From: Myxococcales bacterium
GTDB taxonomy: Bacteria; Myxococcota_A; Polyangia; Polyangiales; Polyangiaceae
Assembly (NCBI GenBank): GCA_013297655.1
Contig: JAAFHV010000255.1
Location: forward strand, 1 to 13,075
Reading direction: 5' to 3'
DNA length: 13,075 bases
The position numbers and the translations under genes were made by a program. Each line of letters opens with the position of its first letter. The first letter of the stretch is position 1. The notes under the pieces are model-generated. The model was not told the origin of the DNA. It worked only from the letters and a program-made list of their open reading frames with translations, and ran no database searches. Of this stretch, positions 1 to 7,434 are shown piece by piece.

Positions 1-425
1 ACGAAGTGGGCATCTTGTGCGACGAAAAGACGGGCCGTAAGGGCACGCGCGGCGACGACGATCCGCTCGACATCTGCATCCTCACCGAGCGAAACATCCC
101 CCACGGGAACATCCTCGTTCAGGCGGTCCCGATCGGGGGCCTCCTCATGGTCGACAAGGACGAGGCGGACGACAAGATCATCGCCGTCCTTCAGGGCGAC
201 GACGTGTACGGCCACATGCGCGACCTCTCGGAGTGTCCGAAGGCGCTCATCGATCGGCTCCACCACTACTTCCTCACGTACAAGCAGCCCCCGGGCTCGC
301 AGGAGCACGTGGTCGAGATCGCGAGTGTTTACGGCCGCGACGAGGCTTACGCCGTCATCGAGCGGAGCCAAAACGACTACGAAAAAGCCTTCTCGATGAT
401 CACGGGCCGTCTCCGCGCCCGCTGA
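1..425 (+). CDS. ppa: Inorganic pyrophosphatase, C-terminal ~140 aa (5' end lies upstream of the window; frame begins at nt 3)
   Basis: Translation GDDDPLDICILT...DKDEADDKIIAV...HYFLTYKQ matches family I soluble pyrophosphatase motifs (E. coli Ppa GDNDPVDVLV...EAGEDAKLVAV...HFFEHYKD). High GC3. The open frame continues to the window edge. Stop TGA at 423-425. Confidence 0.85.
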   Translation, partial: EVGILCDEKTGRKGTRGDDDPLDICILTERNIPHGNILVQAVPIGGLLMVDKDEADDKIIAVLQGDDVYGHMRDLSECPKALIDRLHHYFLTYKQPPGSQEHVVEIASVYGRDEAYAVIERSQNDYEKAFSMITGRLRAR

Positions 426-516
426 TCGCGGCCGAGGCACGCGCGCGAATGGCCATCGTCGGGCTCTGTCGGCGGGCGATGTGGCCGCGGGCGACCGTCC
501 GCGGTAGTGTCGCGGC

Positions 517-954
517 ATGGCGACGAGCGAAACCATTGGCCTCCCCGAACGTCTCTCGCGCGCGCTCTCGTCGTTCGACGTCGCGCGCCTCGACCCCTTC
601 CTGAGCGCGCTGCGGGACCTCTACGCCGACGACATGACGTTCCGCGATCCGATGCAGTCGTGCCGCGGGCTCGACGCCTTCATCGAGCTCAATCGGCGTT
701 TGGCCAAGATGGCGCGCGAGATTCGCTTCGACGTGAACGACACCACCGGCGACGATAGCCGGTTTTACCTCCACTGGGTGCTCCACATGAAGCCCAAGCT
801 CGGCCCCAAAGTGGCAGTGGAGGGAGTGTCTCGAATCATCGCGCGCGACGGGCGGATCGTGGAGCACGTGGACTTCTGGGATCTCGGGGAGCTCATCGCT
901 TCGCCCTTCGGCGGGCAGCGCCTCGTGCATACCCTGTTTCGTCCATTCGTGTGA
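517..954 (+). CDS. NTF2/SnoaL-like fold protein (ketosteroid-isomerase-like), 145 aa
   Basis: ATG at 517 with GC3-rich codons. The size and pattern (D..F.....Y..D..F.DP......G...F......W.......V..HV..WD) are typical of SnoaL-like/NTF2-like domain proteins. Assignment is by pattern recognition only. Confidence 0.6.
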   Translation: MATSETIGLPERLSRALSSFDVARLDPFLSALRDLYADDMTFRDPMQSCRGLDAFIELNRRLAKMAREIRFDVNDTTGDDSRFYLHWVLHMKPKLGPKVAVEGVSRIIARDGRIVEHVDFWDLGELIASPFGGQRLVHTLFRPFV

Positions 955-1030
955 TCGCCGGCCCCCACGCTCGCTTCCTGTTCGGCGTGCTTTCGTCGAG
1001 CAGAGTCGCGAGCGCGTTGGCAGCTTCGGT

Positions 1031-1567
1031 CTACCCTTGCACTTCACCGTGCGTGCCGCGGACGTCGGCCATCGGGGCCCCGGTGACATAGGCCTTCGCC
1101 GCTTCGAGCATGAGCTTGACCCCTAGGATGCCCGACCCGTCCCAATACTCGGCGTGCTCGGGCTGGAAGTGAACCAGCGCGACGTTCGGATCCTCGACGC
1201 CGAAGGGGAACGTCGCGTCATGGGCCGTCGTCCACAAAGAGCTCAGCTTGGCCCGATCGAGCACGACCGAGGCGCGGCCCGTCAAGTAGATCCATTTTTT
1301 TCCTTCGTGCCCCGTCACGGACGCGCGCGGAGTGGCCTTCACGTGATTGGCGACTGCCGAATCGAGCGGCACGACGAACCAGAGATCTCCGTCTTCCTCG
1401 AGCGAGCTCACGTGGAGCGGCCGCGCGTCCATTCCCGTCGCCGGAGCGCTGGCGTCGATCGAGTGGAACATGACGTTCGGCATCGACGCGAGGATCTCGT
1501 GGGTGTGGAGCTTTCGTTCGAGGCTGGTTTCGACGTTGGAGTTGGGGGATGAGGTTCGTTCGGTCAT
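1031..1567 (-). CDS. Pyridoxamine 5'-phosphate oxidase-like FMN-binding protein (general stress protein 26 family)
   Basis: Translation ...GDLWFVVPLDS...YLTGRASVVLDRAKLSSLWTT...FPFGVEDPNVALVHFQPEHAEYWD closely parallels B. subtilis YdaG/GSP26 (…GTASIVDDRAKIDELWSP…PEGKDDPNLALLKVTPERAEYWD). Start is placed at the internal ATG (1567, MTERTSS). The ORF's first codon at 1597 is an alternative that would add 10 aa. Confidence 0.7.
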   Translation of the reverse strand: MTERTSSPNSNVETSLERKLHTHEILASMPNVMFHSIDASAPATGMDARPLHVSSLEEDGDLWFVVPLDSAVANHVKATPRASVTGHEGKKWIYLTGRASVVLDRAKLSSLWTTAHDATFPFGVEDPNVALVHFQPEHAEYWDGSGILGVKLMLEAAKAYVTGAPMADVRGTHGEVQG

Positions 1568-1601
1568 GGTGAACCGGCATTGCAGGACACGGGCCAACCC
1601 T

Positions 1602-1638
1602 GCCGATGGGACCGCTCCGACGTTCCGGGCCCATCGGC
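1602..1638. promoter_or_regulatory. 9-bp perfect inverted repeat GCCGATGGG-N19-CCCATCGGC in the divergent intergenic region between the GSP26-like gene (-) and the small lipoprotein gene (+)
   Basis: Read directly: 1602-1610 GCCGATGGG and 1630-1638 CCCATCGGC are reverse complements. A second small hairpin GTGGC-GCGAT-GCCAC follows at about 1651-1665. Candidate operator or 5'-UTR structure; the role is unknown. Confidence 0.2.
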
Positions 1639-1764
1639 ATGAAAGCCGGTGTGGCGCGATGCCACGCTCGGGGCGCCCATGTGTGCTCGGCCAGGACCAG
1701 ACCGCCTTAGAATGGCCCCCATCGCCGATAATCCGAGGGGCACGAAGATTGCCAATGAGCAGGC

Positions 1765-1950
1765 ATGAACGGACCTCTCTACGCCCTGGCCGTCACGGCA
1801 ATCGCGATTGGTGCGGTCGTCGCGTGCAAGCCCGCAGACTCCCCGGTCGACACGGACGCGATGAAAGATTCGATGCGCAAAGCGGGGGAGGTCGTGAAGG
1901 AAAAAAAAGAGCAGCTCGACACGTCCGATGGCGCGGCGCCTGCTCCTTGA
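1765..1950 (+). CDS. Small putative lipoprotein/secreted protein (61 aa)
   Basis: ATG at 1765. The N-terminal hydrophobic stretch LYALAVTAIAIGAVVAC ends in a Cys (lipobox-like VVAC), followed by a charged K/E/D-rich tail. Codons are GC3-rich, and a hairpin plus T-rich tract lies just downstream. The short length keeps confidence modest. Confidence 0.35.
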   Translation: MNGPLYALAVTAIAIGAVVACKPADSPVDTDAMKDSMRKAGEVVKEKKEQLDTSDGAAPAP

Positions 1951-1975
1951 AGAGCGTCCCGAAAACGCCAAAAGA

Positions 1976-2005
1976 CACATCCCGCGAGGGACGTGCCTTC
2001 TTTGG
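1976..2005 (+). terminator. Candidate intrinsic terminator after the small lipoprotein gene
   Basis: CACATCCC-GCGA-GGGACGTG (8-bp stem, one mismatch, GNRA-type loop) is followed by CCTTCTTTGG, 26 nt after the TGA at 1948-1950. Confidence 0.35.
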
Positions 2006-2544
2006 ACTGGCGTAGCTCGAGTGGCTCAGCCACGAATCGGACTGGGGTAGATCAGGTCGCTCACCCACGAACGTGGGGCCGGGGCGGCGGAACCGGGCAC
2101 ATGCCCTCGCCGTCGGCGCGCTCGATGTCCTCCGCGGTCGTGGAGCGGAGCGGATCGCGGACCGGATCGATCGGCGGGGTCGGCAGGGCGCGGCGCCGGA
2201 GCGGTGTGGTGCGTCGTAGTGGCGTTTGATCCGAGCTGTAGGATGCGTCTCCCGTGGCTCGGCCGCCGGTCGTGGGGAATTCCGTGTCGTCGCGCTGGAT
2301 GCGGTCGGTCATTGGCGTGCCCTCCTGAGGATTGGAGTGTGCGTCACGGCGCCCCTCGACTCGGTGTCGATGCTCGCGCATCGAGCTGGGGCCTCGAGAG
2401 AGGGAGAGCACTCGGCATGCCGCTTTTTCTCGCGTGATGACGCCGCGCGCGAGCCGAGGATCATTGACCATTTTGATTGACCACCGCGACGTCGGTGCCA
2501 CGGCGTGGCGAATTGCCCCGTGATGGCCGCTCCCGCGGGGCGCC

Positions 2545-3207
2545 TCATTCGTCAGGTCGAGCGGTCGCGGCGGCTTCGGCGAGCGTGACGAGCTCGTCGG
2601 CCTCGAGCCAGGACATGTCGAGGGCGACCCCCTCCGTCGCCGCGCGCTCCGTCGAGAGCTCGACCGCGCAGCATCGCACCGTGTCCCAGAGGTCGTCGCC
2701 GAGGCCGAGCGCTCCCCGATTGAGGCGGAGCCATACGAGCGCGCTCACGTCGCACTGCAGCTCGGTGGCGGCGACCTCCTCGAACGGCCCGTGGGAGTGA
2801 AAATGAGCCCAGTCGTGGAGGCCCCAGTACACGGCCGCGAGGCTCGTCGTCGCGAGAAAAAGGGCGTCGTTCGGGGCGGTGCGGTTCTCGTAGAGCAAGT
2901 CCGTCGCGTCGTCGATCGCCCACGGCGCGAGCATGTCGGCGTCGCGGGCGAGCTCCACCCTCGGAAGATGCAAACTGCAACTTTCGCGCGGGAGGAACGG
3001 GAAGGCGCCGCGGGGGCCTCGGATCACGAAGCCGAGCCCGGGAGGGTTCGAGCTCGTCGGCAGCGTTGGCTCCCCCGCGGCCATGTTCGACGCGTCCGCG
3101 CGGTGCTCCGGGCACCAGCCTAGGGTGGTGCTCTTCGCCCATCCGAACGCGTCGAACACGGACGCGTGCACGATGCACCGAATGGGTGGAACGAACAGCG
3201 CGCGCAC
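2545..3207 (-). CDS. Conserved hypothetical protein (~220 aa, Trp/His-rich; function not recognised)
   Basis: Minus-strand frame has essentially 100% GC3 over long stretches (checked by hand at 2581-2640 and 3085-3207). Its composition has W/F/H/Y typical of real proteins (…AVYWGLHDWAHFHSHGPFEEV…). Stop is TGA at 2545-2547. The 5' end is uncertain between GTG at 3207 and internal ATG at 3084. Confidence 0.55.
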   Translation of the reverse strand: MRALFVPPIRCIVHASVFDAFGWAKSTTLGWCPEHRADASNMAAGEPTLPTSSNPPGLGFVIRGPRGAFPFLPRESCSLHLPRVELARDADMLAPWAIDDATDLLYENRTAPNDALFLATTSLAAVYWGLHDWAHFHSHGPFEEVAATELQCDVSALVWLRLNRGALGLGDDLWDTVRCCAVELSTERAATEGVALDMSWLEADELVTLAEAAATARPDE

Positions 3208-3294
3208 TCCGCCACCGTACCAAAAAGCGAATCGTCGCGAAGGCGTGCGGGCCGGGTGAGCCTTTCATCCTGGCGCCGCGACGGCCCTCGCGCT

Positions 3295-4248
3295 ATGAGC
3301 CCGCCTCGGATGTCGTCGCCGCTGCCCCCAAAGAAGGACGTCGCTCTCGCTCTCCTCGAGCGCTCGAGCGTGTTCGTGTACCTCGATCCGAGGCGCGATG
3401 GTGTGGTCACCCCGCTCGGCTTCAAGAAGGACCCGAAGCTGGTGCTCCAGGTCGGCCTGAACATGGCGGTCGCGATCCCCGACCTCACGTTCGACGACAA
3501 GGGAATGAGCTGCACGCTCAGCTTCTCCCACACCCCGTTCTTCTGCATCATCCCGTGGCACGCCGTCTTCGCGCTCACCGACGAGAGCGGGCAGGGCATC
3601 GTGTGGCCAGACGACGTTCCGCGCGAGCTCGTGGAGGCCCAGGCGCAGGCGCAACGTCGCGCCTCGCTCCGCGTGGTCCGCGACGAGGAAGCCGCGCCCC
3701 CTCCCGAGGCTGCGCCCGCTCCCGTAGAGCAGAAGGCCGAAAAGGCCGAGAAGACCCCCAAGAAGCCGTCGAAGAAGGCGCCCAAGCAGGCGGAAGCTTC
3801 GTCGGAAGCCCCGAAGCGCGCGAAGAAGAGCAACGCGGTCGCCGAGGCCGAAAAGAAGCCCGCGAAGAAGGCCGAGAAGCCGTCGAAGGCCGAGAAGCCC
3901 GCGAAAGCCGAGAAGCCCTCGAAGGCCGAGAAGCCCTCGAAAGCCGCGAAGCCTTCGAAAGCGACACAGGCAAAGCCCGCAAAGGCCGAGACGACGGAGA
4001 AGCCCGCGAAAAACGCGGCCGCGGTGGCCAAGGGGCCTTCGCGCGAGGCGGAGCAGGCACCCAAGCAGCCCGGCCTCTTCGATGCGAACGCGGCACCCAA
4101 GCCTGTCGCCCCGTCGGTGCCGGCGGCTTCGGTCCCGGCGCCTGCGCCGTCGGCGCCGTCTGCTCCGGTGAGCCCGCCCGCCCTTCCGCGGCCCACCGCT
4201 GGAAAGCCGAAGCGCGAGCTCCCGCCTTACCTCCGCGTCGTGAAGTGA
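3295..4248 (+). CDS. sspB: SspB-like ClpXP specificity-enhancing adaptor with a ~200-aa Lys/Ala/Pro/Glu-rich linker and C-terminal ClpX-binding tail ...LRVVK
   Basis: N-terminal 110 aa align position-by-position with E. coli SspB (LTPRRPYLLRAFYEWL.../LPPKKDVALALLERSS...; IVLNIAPRAV/LVLQVGLNMAV; the Y/F..E.G core). The extreme C-terminus LPPYLRVVK* matches the E. coli SspB XB motif RPALRVVK*. ATG at 3295 (alternative ATG 3310), stop TGA at 4246-4248. Confidence 0.8.
   Translation: MSPPRMSSPLPPKKDVALALLERSSVFVYLDPRRDGVVTPLGFKKDPKLVLQVGLNMAVAIPDLTFDDKGMSCTLSFSHTPFFCIIPWHAVFALTDESGQGIVWPDDVPRELVEAQAQAQRRASLRVVRDEEAAPPPEAAPAPVEQKAEKAEKTPKKPSKKAPKQAEASSEAPKRAKKSNAVAEAEKKPAKKAEKPSKAEKPAKAEKPSKAEKPSKAAKPSKATQAKPAKAETTEKPAKNAAAVAKGPSREAEQAPKQPGLFDANAAPKPVAPSVPAASVPAPAPSAPSAPVSPPALPRPTAGKPKRELPPYLRVVK
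3871..3960 (+). repeat. Five tandem 18-bp repeats (GCCGAGAAGCCNTCGAAR) encoding (AEKP[S/A]K)5 inside the sspB linker
   Basis: Read directly: units at 3871-3888, 3889-3906, 3907-3924, 3925-3942 and 3943-3960 differ at 1-3 positions each. The flanking sequence encodes further KKPxK/AKKAEK variants (histone H1/AlgP-like low complexity). Confidence 0.8.
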
Positions 4249-4265
4249 CGCGAAAAAACCGCCGC

Positions 4266-4299
4266 CGCGGTGGCGAAACATGCCGTCGCGGTGGCGAAA
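4266..4299 (+). repeat. 13-bp direct repeat CGCGGTGGCGAAA x2 with 21-bp periodicity, flanking the livM-like ATG
   Basis: Copies at 4266-4278 and 4287-4299. A third, partial GCGAAAAAAC lies at 4250-4259, immediately after the sspB stop. The copies could also pair locally (CGCGG...CCGCG). Candidate regulatory or RNA-structure element between sspB and the transporter genes. Confidence 0.25.
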
Positions 4300-5677
4300 A
4301 CCGCGCCCCGATCGTGCTAAGACCGGCCCTTCGATGATGCCAGCGTCGGGGAAAGGCGTGGCTTCCGTGGGGAAAAAAGCCCGCGAGCCGAGCAAACGGG
4401 GGTGGGCGTTCGCGGCCGCTGCGCTCGTCGTCGTCGTCGTGCTCGAGCTCGGTCTCGAGCGCATGATCCCGGACAGCTCGATTCGTCAGCTTCTCATGCT
4501 GGCGGCCTGCAACGTGCTCGTCGCGCTCTCGCTCAACGTCATCAACGGCATGGCGGGGCAGTTCTCGATTGGGCACGCGGGCTTCGTCGGCCTCGGTGCG
4601 TACACGAGCGCGGTGGTGAGCGCGCACCTCCACGAGGCGATGGGCGGCGGCGAGGTCACGTTCGCGAAGTCGTTCGTCGTGGTGCCGATCGCGCTCCTCG
4701 CGTCGGCGGTCGTCGCGGGCACGTTCGGCTACCTCGTAGGACTGCCGAGCCTGCGCCTCAAGGGCGACTACCTAGCGATCGTGACCCTCGGTTTCGCGGA
4801 GATCTTCCGGCTCCTCATCGCCACGGCGCAGCTCGGCGAAAAAGAGACCATCGGCGAGGCGGCGGCGAAGATAGGCAAAGACGGGGTGGTCGGGCCCTTC
4901 TTTCATATGCTCCAAGTGGGCATTACCAGCCTCGGCGGCCAGAACGGCTACGCGGGCCCGAAGAACCAGGGGCTGCCCCTTTACGCTGGGCCTTTTTGGG
5001 TATTCGGGCTCGCCCTCGTGCTCGGAGTCCTCGCGTATCGATTGAAGTTCTCGGGTTGGGGGCGCGCCCTCAGGGCCCTCCGGGAGGACGAAATCGCGGC
5101 CGCCGCGGTCGGCGTCGATCCAACCCGCTACAAGGTGCGAAGCTTCGTGATCGCGGCGGTAGGCGCCGGAATCGCCGGTGGGCTCATGGCGATGAACCGC
5201 GACGGCACGCCCACGGTGCAACCCGATAATTACAATTTCCAAGCGTCGTTCGACGCGATCACGATGGTGATCCTCGGCGGCTCCGGGAGCGTCACGGGCG
5301 CCGCGATCGGCGGCGTGCTCATCACGTTCACCGTCAAGGCGATCGAGGCCGTTCAGTCGACGCGCGTCGTGCAAGATTTGAAGAGCTCGGTCCCCTGGCT
5401 CGACCTCAACGCGCTCCGCATGATGCTGTATGCCGCGGTCCTCATCGCGCTCATGATCTGGCGCCCGGAGGGTTTGCTCGGCGAGCGCGAGCTGTTTCAA
5501 AAGCAGAAGCTGCGACCGCTGAAGTTGCCAAAGCCATCGCCCGATCACCCGAAGCCAGACGAGCCGGACCGAGCGCCGGCCGCAGCAGCGAACGAGCCCG
5601 CCAAACCGGTCGTCGCAGCGGCGGACGAGCCCGCCAAGTCGGACGGCGACGAGCCCGAGAAGGGGGCACCTCCGTGA
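4280..5677 (+). CDS. livM: Branched-chain amino acid (LivM/UrtC-type) ABC transporter permease with N-terminal basic leader and C-terminal Pro/acidic low-complexity tail
   Basis: Core [29 protein letters not shown] matches the LivM signature (G..S.GHAAF.G.GAY), and the remainder is multi-TM hydrophobic sequence. ATG at 4280, with alternative in-frame ATGs at 4334/4337. The ~60-aa tail [16 protein letters not shown]...[16 protein letters not shown] has imperfect GACGAGCCCGCCAA repeats. Stop TGA 5675-5677 overlaps the next start (GTGA). Confidence 0.8.
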   Translation: MPSRWRKPRPDRAKTGPSMMPASGKGVASVGKKAREPSKRGWAFAAAALVVVVVLELGLERMIPDSSIRQLLMLAACNVLVALSLNVINGMAGQFSIGHAGFVGLGAYTSAVVSAHLHEAMGGGEVTFAKSFVVVPIALLASAVVAGTFGYLVGLPSLRLKGDYLAIVTLGFAEIFRLLIATAQLGEKETIGEAAAKIGKDGVVGPFFHMLQVGITSLGGQNGYAGPKNQGLPLYAGPFWVFGLALVLGVLAYRLKFSGWGRALRALREDEIAAAAVGVDPTRYKVRSFVIAAVGAGIAGGLMAMNRDGTPTVQPDNYNFQASFDAITMVILGGSGSVTGAAIGGVLITFTVKAIEAVQSTRVVQDLKSSVPWLDLNALRMMLYAAVLIALMIWRPEGLLGERELFQKQKLRPLKLPKPSPDHPKPDEPDRAPAAAANEPAKPVVAAADEPAKSDGDEPEKGAPP

Positions 5678-6543
5678 GCGATCTCGTCCTCGAGGGGGTC
5701 TCGAAGAGCTTCGGCGGTCTTCGTGCCGTCGCCGATGTCTCGTTCTCGGTGAAAGCGGGCCGCATTTTTGGCCTCATTGGGCCGAACGGCGCCGGCAAGA
5801 CCACCGTGTTCAACCTCGTCACCGGGGTCTACAAACACGACGTCGGGAGCATTCGTTTCGGGAGCACGAACCTGCTCCCGCTCGCTCCGGCGAAGGTGGC
5901 CGAGGTCGGCATCGCGCGAACCTTCCAGAATATCCGCCTCTTCACGCAGCTCACGGTCCTCGAGAACCTGCTCGTCGCCTGCGAGCTGCAAAAGCGGGCC
6001 CACCTCGCCGCCGCGTTCTTCCGCACGAAGGTGCACTACGAGGACGAGGAGCTCATGCACCATCGCGCGATGGAGCTCCTCGAGGTGTTCGGCCTCCAAG
6101 ACGCCGCGGACGAGCCCTCCACCTCGCTCCCGTATGGCAATCAGCGTCGCCTCGAGATCGCGCGCGCGATGATGCTGAAGCCCAAGCTCCTCCTCCTCGA
6201 CGAGCCCGCCGCGGGCATGAACTACGGTGAGGCCGAGGGGCTGAAGACGCAGATTCGCTGGCTCCGCGACAAGTTCGATCTGACGGTGGTGCTCGTCGAG
6301 CACAACATGCAAGTCGTCATGGGCGTCTGCGAAGAGATCCACGTCCTCGACCACGGCGAGACCATCGCGCACGGCACGCCGGCCGAGGTTCAAAACCACC
6401 CGAAGGTGCTCGCGGCTTACCTCGGCGGTGACGACGACGACGACGACGACGACGAGGCCGGCAAGGCTCCGCCTGGGGCAGAGGCCAAAAAAACGGGCCC
6501 TGCGTCGACCGCGACGGCGAAAGACGCGGGGTCCGAGCCGTGA
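5674..6543 (+). CDS. livG: LivG-type ABC transporter ATP-binding protein with C-terminal poly-Asp/Ala-Lys tail
   Basis: Walker [10 protein letters not shown], the LivG-type insert (…[17 protein letters not shown]…), signature region and Walker [13 protein letters not shown] are all present. GTG start at 5674 is preceded by AAGGGGG. The ~38-aa tail [23 protein letters not shown]... lies beyond the conserved ...AYLGG end. Stop TGA 6541-6543 overlaps the livF start. Confidence 0.85.
   Translation: MSDLVLEGVSKSFGGLRAVADVSFSVKAGRIFGLIGPNGAGKTTVFNLVTGVYKHDVGSIRFGSTNLLPLAPAKVAEVGIARTFQNIRLFTQLTVLENLLVACELQKRAHLAAAFFRTKVHYEDEELMHHRAMELLEVFGLQDAADEPSTSLPYGNQRRLEIARAMMLKPKLLLLDEPAAGMNYGEAEGLKTQIRWLRDKFDLTVVLVEHNMQVVMGVCEEIHVLDHGETIAHGTPAEVQNHPKVLAAYLGGDDDDDDDDEAGKAPPGAEAKKTGPASTATAKDAGSEP
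6430..6453 (+). repeat. (GAC)8 trinucleotide microsatellite encoding Asp8 in the livG tail
   Basis: Read directly: GGT then 8 consecutive GAC codons, then GAG. An in-frame triplet repeat, so length slippage would not shift the frame. Confidence 0.9.
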
Positions 6544-7298
6544 GGGTCAATCATCCCACCCGCGCAAAAGCGGTATTGCCCGAAGGCGCGCCCCTCCTCG
6601 AGATCGCCGACGTGCGCGTCAGCTATGGGGGAATCAAGGCGCTCAAGGGCATTTCGATGAAGGTCATGGCGGGGGAGGTCGTCGCCATCATCGGCGCGAA
6701 CGGCGCCGGCAAGACCACGACCTTGAAGATGCTCGCGCGCCTCCTCCCGGTCGACTCCGGCACCGTGCGCTTTCGCGGCGAAGACGTACGCGACGTGCCT
6801 ACCGAGGAGATCGTCGCGCGCGGCATGTCCCTCGTCCCCGAAGGCCGCGCGATCTTTCCGAACCTCACCGTCCGCGAAAACCTCGAGCTCGGCGCGTACC
6901 TCCACCGCGACAAAGTCACGATGGCCGAGACGATGGCCGACGTCGTCGAGCTCTTCCCCCGTCTCGGCGAGCGCATGGTGCAGGAGGGCGGCACCCTTTC
7001 CGGCGGCGAGCAGCAGATGCTCGCGATCGGGCGCGCGATGATGGCGCGACCGGAGCTGCTCCTCCTCGACGAGCCCTCGCTCGGCATCGCCCCCAAGCTC
7101 GCGGCGCAGATCTTCAAGGCCATTCGCACGATCGCCAAATCGGGAGTCACCGTCGTCGTGGTCGAGCAGAACACACGAATGGCTCTCGGCTCCAGCGAGC
7201 GTGCCTACGTGCTCCGCACCGGCGAGGTCGCGCTCGAGGGCGTCTCGGCCGTGCTCGCGGAAGATCCCGAGATTCAAAAGGCATACCTAGGCGGCTGA
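6540..7298 (+). CDS. livF: LivF-type ABC transporter ATP-binding protein
   Basis: Walker A GANGAGKTT, Q-loop, signature LSGGEQQMLAIGRA, Walker B LLLLDEPSLG and the typical LivF C-terminus ...KAYLGG*. GTG start at 6540 overlaps the livG stop (GTGA). Stop TGA at 7296-7298. Confidence 0.85.
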   Translation: MRVNHPTRAKAVLPEGAPLLEIADVRVSYGGIKALKGISMKVMAGEVVAIIGANGAGKTTTLKMLARLLPVDSGTVRFRGEDVRDVPTEEIVARGMSLVPEGRAIFPNLTVRENLELGAYLHRDKVTMAETMADVVELFPRLGERMVQEGGTLSGGEQQMLAIGRAMMARPELLLLDEPSLGIAPKLAAQIFKAIRTIAKSGVTVVVVEQNTRMALGSSERAYVLRTGEVALEGVSAVLAEDPEIQKAYLGG

Positions 7299-7363
7299 GA
7301 TCGTGCTCGCGACGAATCGGCTCGTTTCGTATCTTCGTAGCCCGCGTCCGCAGGTATGGCGCG

Positions 7364-7403
7364 CCAAAAAAGGCGCGGGTCGCTCGTGAACGAACGACCC
7401 GCG
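7364..7403 (-). terminator. Rho-independent terminator for the MVP-like gene (minus strand); the same region also holds a plus-strand hairpin CGCGCC-A6-GGCGCG
   Basis: On the minus strand, 31 nt after the stop: 9-bp GC-rich stem CGCGGGTCG (7403-7395 pairing 7382-7374) with a 12-nt loop, immediately followed by CCTTTTTTGG (complement of 7373-7364). Lies between convergent livF and the MVP-like gene. Confidence 0.5.
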
Positions 7404-7434
7404 TTACGCTGTCATGCCGTCCGATGACGCGTGG

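Noticed and set aside
2010-2095. tRNA-like fragment GCGTAGCTCGAGTGGCTCAGCC...
   Set aside because: It superficially resembles a D-arm, but no acceptor stem, anticodon arm or T-arm (GTTCRANYC) can be built at tRNA spacing. Not a tRNA.
3066-4633. ORFs 3066..4337 +, 3120..4196 -, 3265..4464 -, 3575..4633 - overlapping sspB
   Set aside because: Low-complexity Arg/Ala/Gly translations generated by the repetitive GC-rich linker DNA. Only the 3295..4248 frame gives a recognisable SspB domain and C-terminal LRVVK.
5545-7277. Antisense ORFs inside livG/livF (5545..6399 -, 6417..7277 -, 6428..7609 +, 6623..7174 -)
   Set aside because: They overlap well-supported ABC ATPase genes with full Walker/signature motifs, and their own translations are low-complexity.
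7359-7376. Plus-strand hairpin CGCGCC-AAAAAA-GGCGCG as a livF terminator
   Set aside because: On the plus strand the A-run is in the loop and no U-tract follows. The same sequence makes more sense as part of the minus-strand terminator for the MVP-like gene. livF may rely on this bidirectional structure, but that is not demonstrable from sequence.
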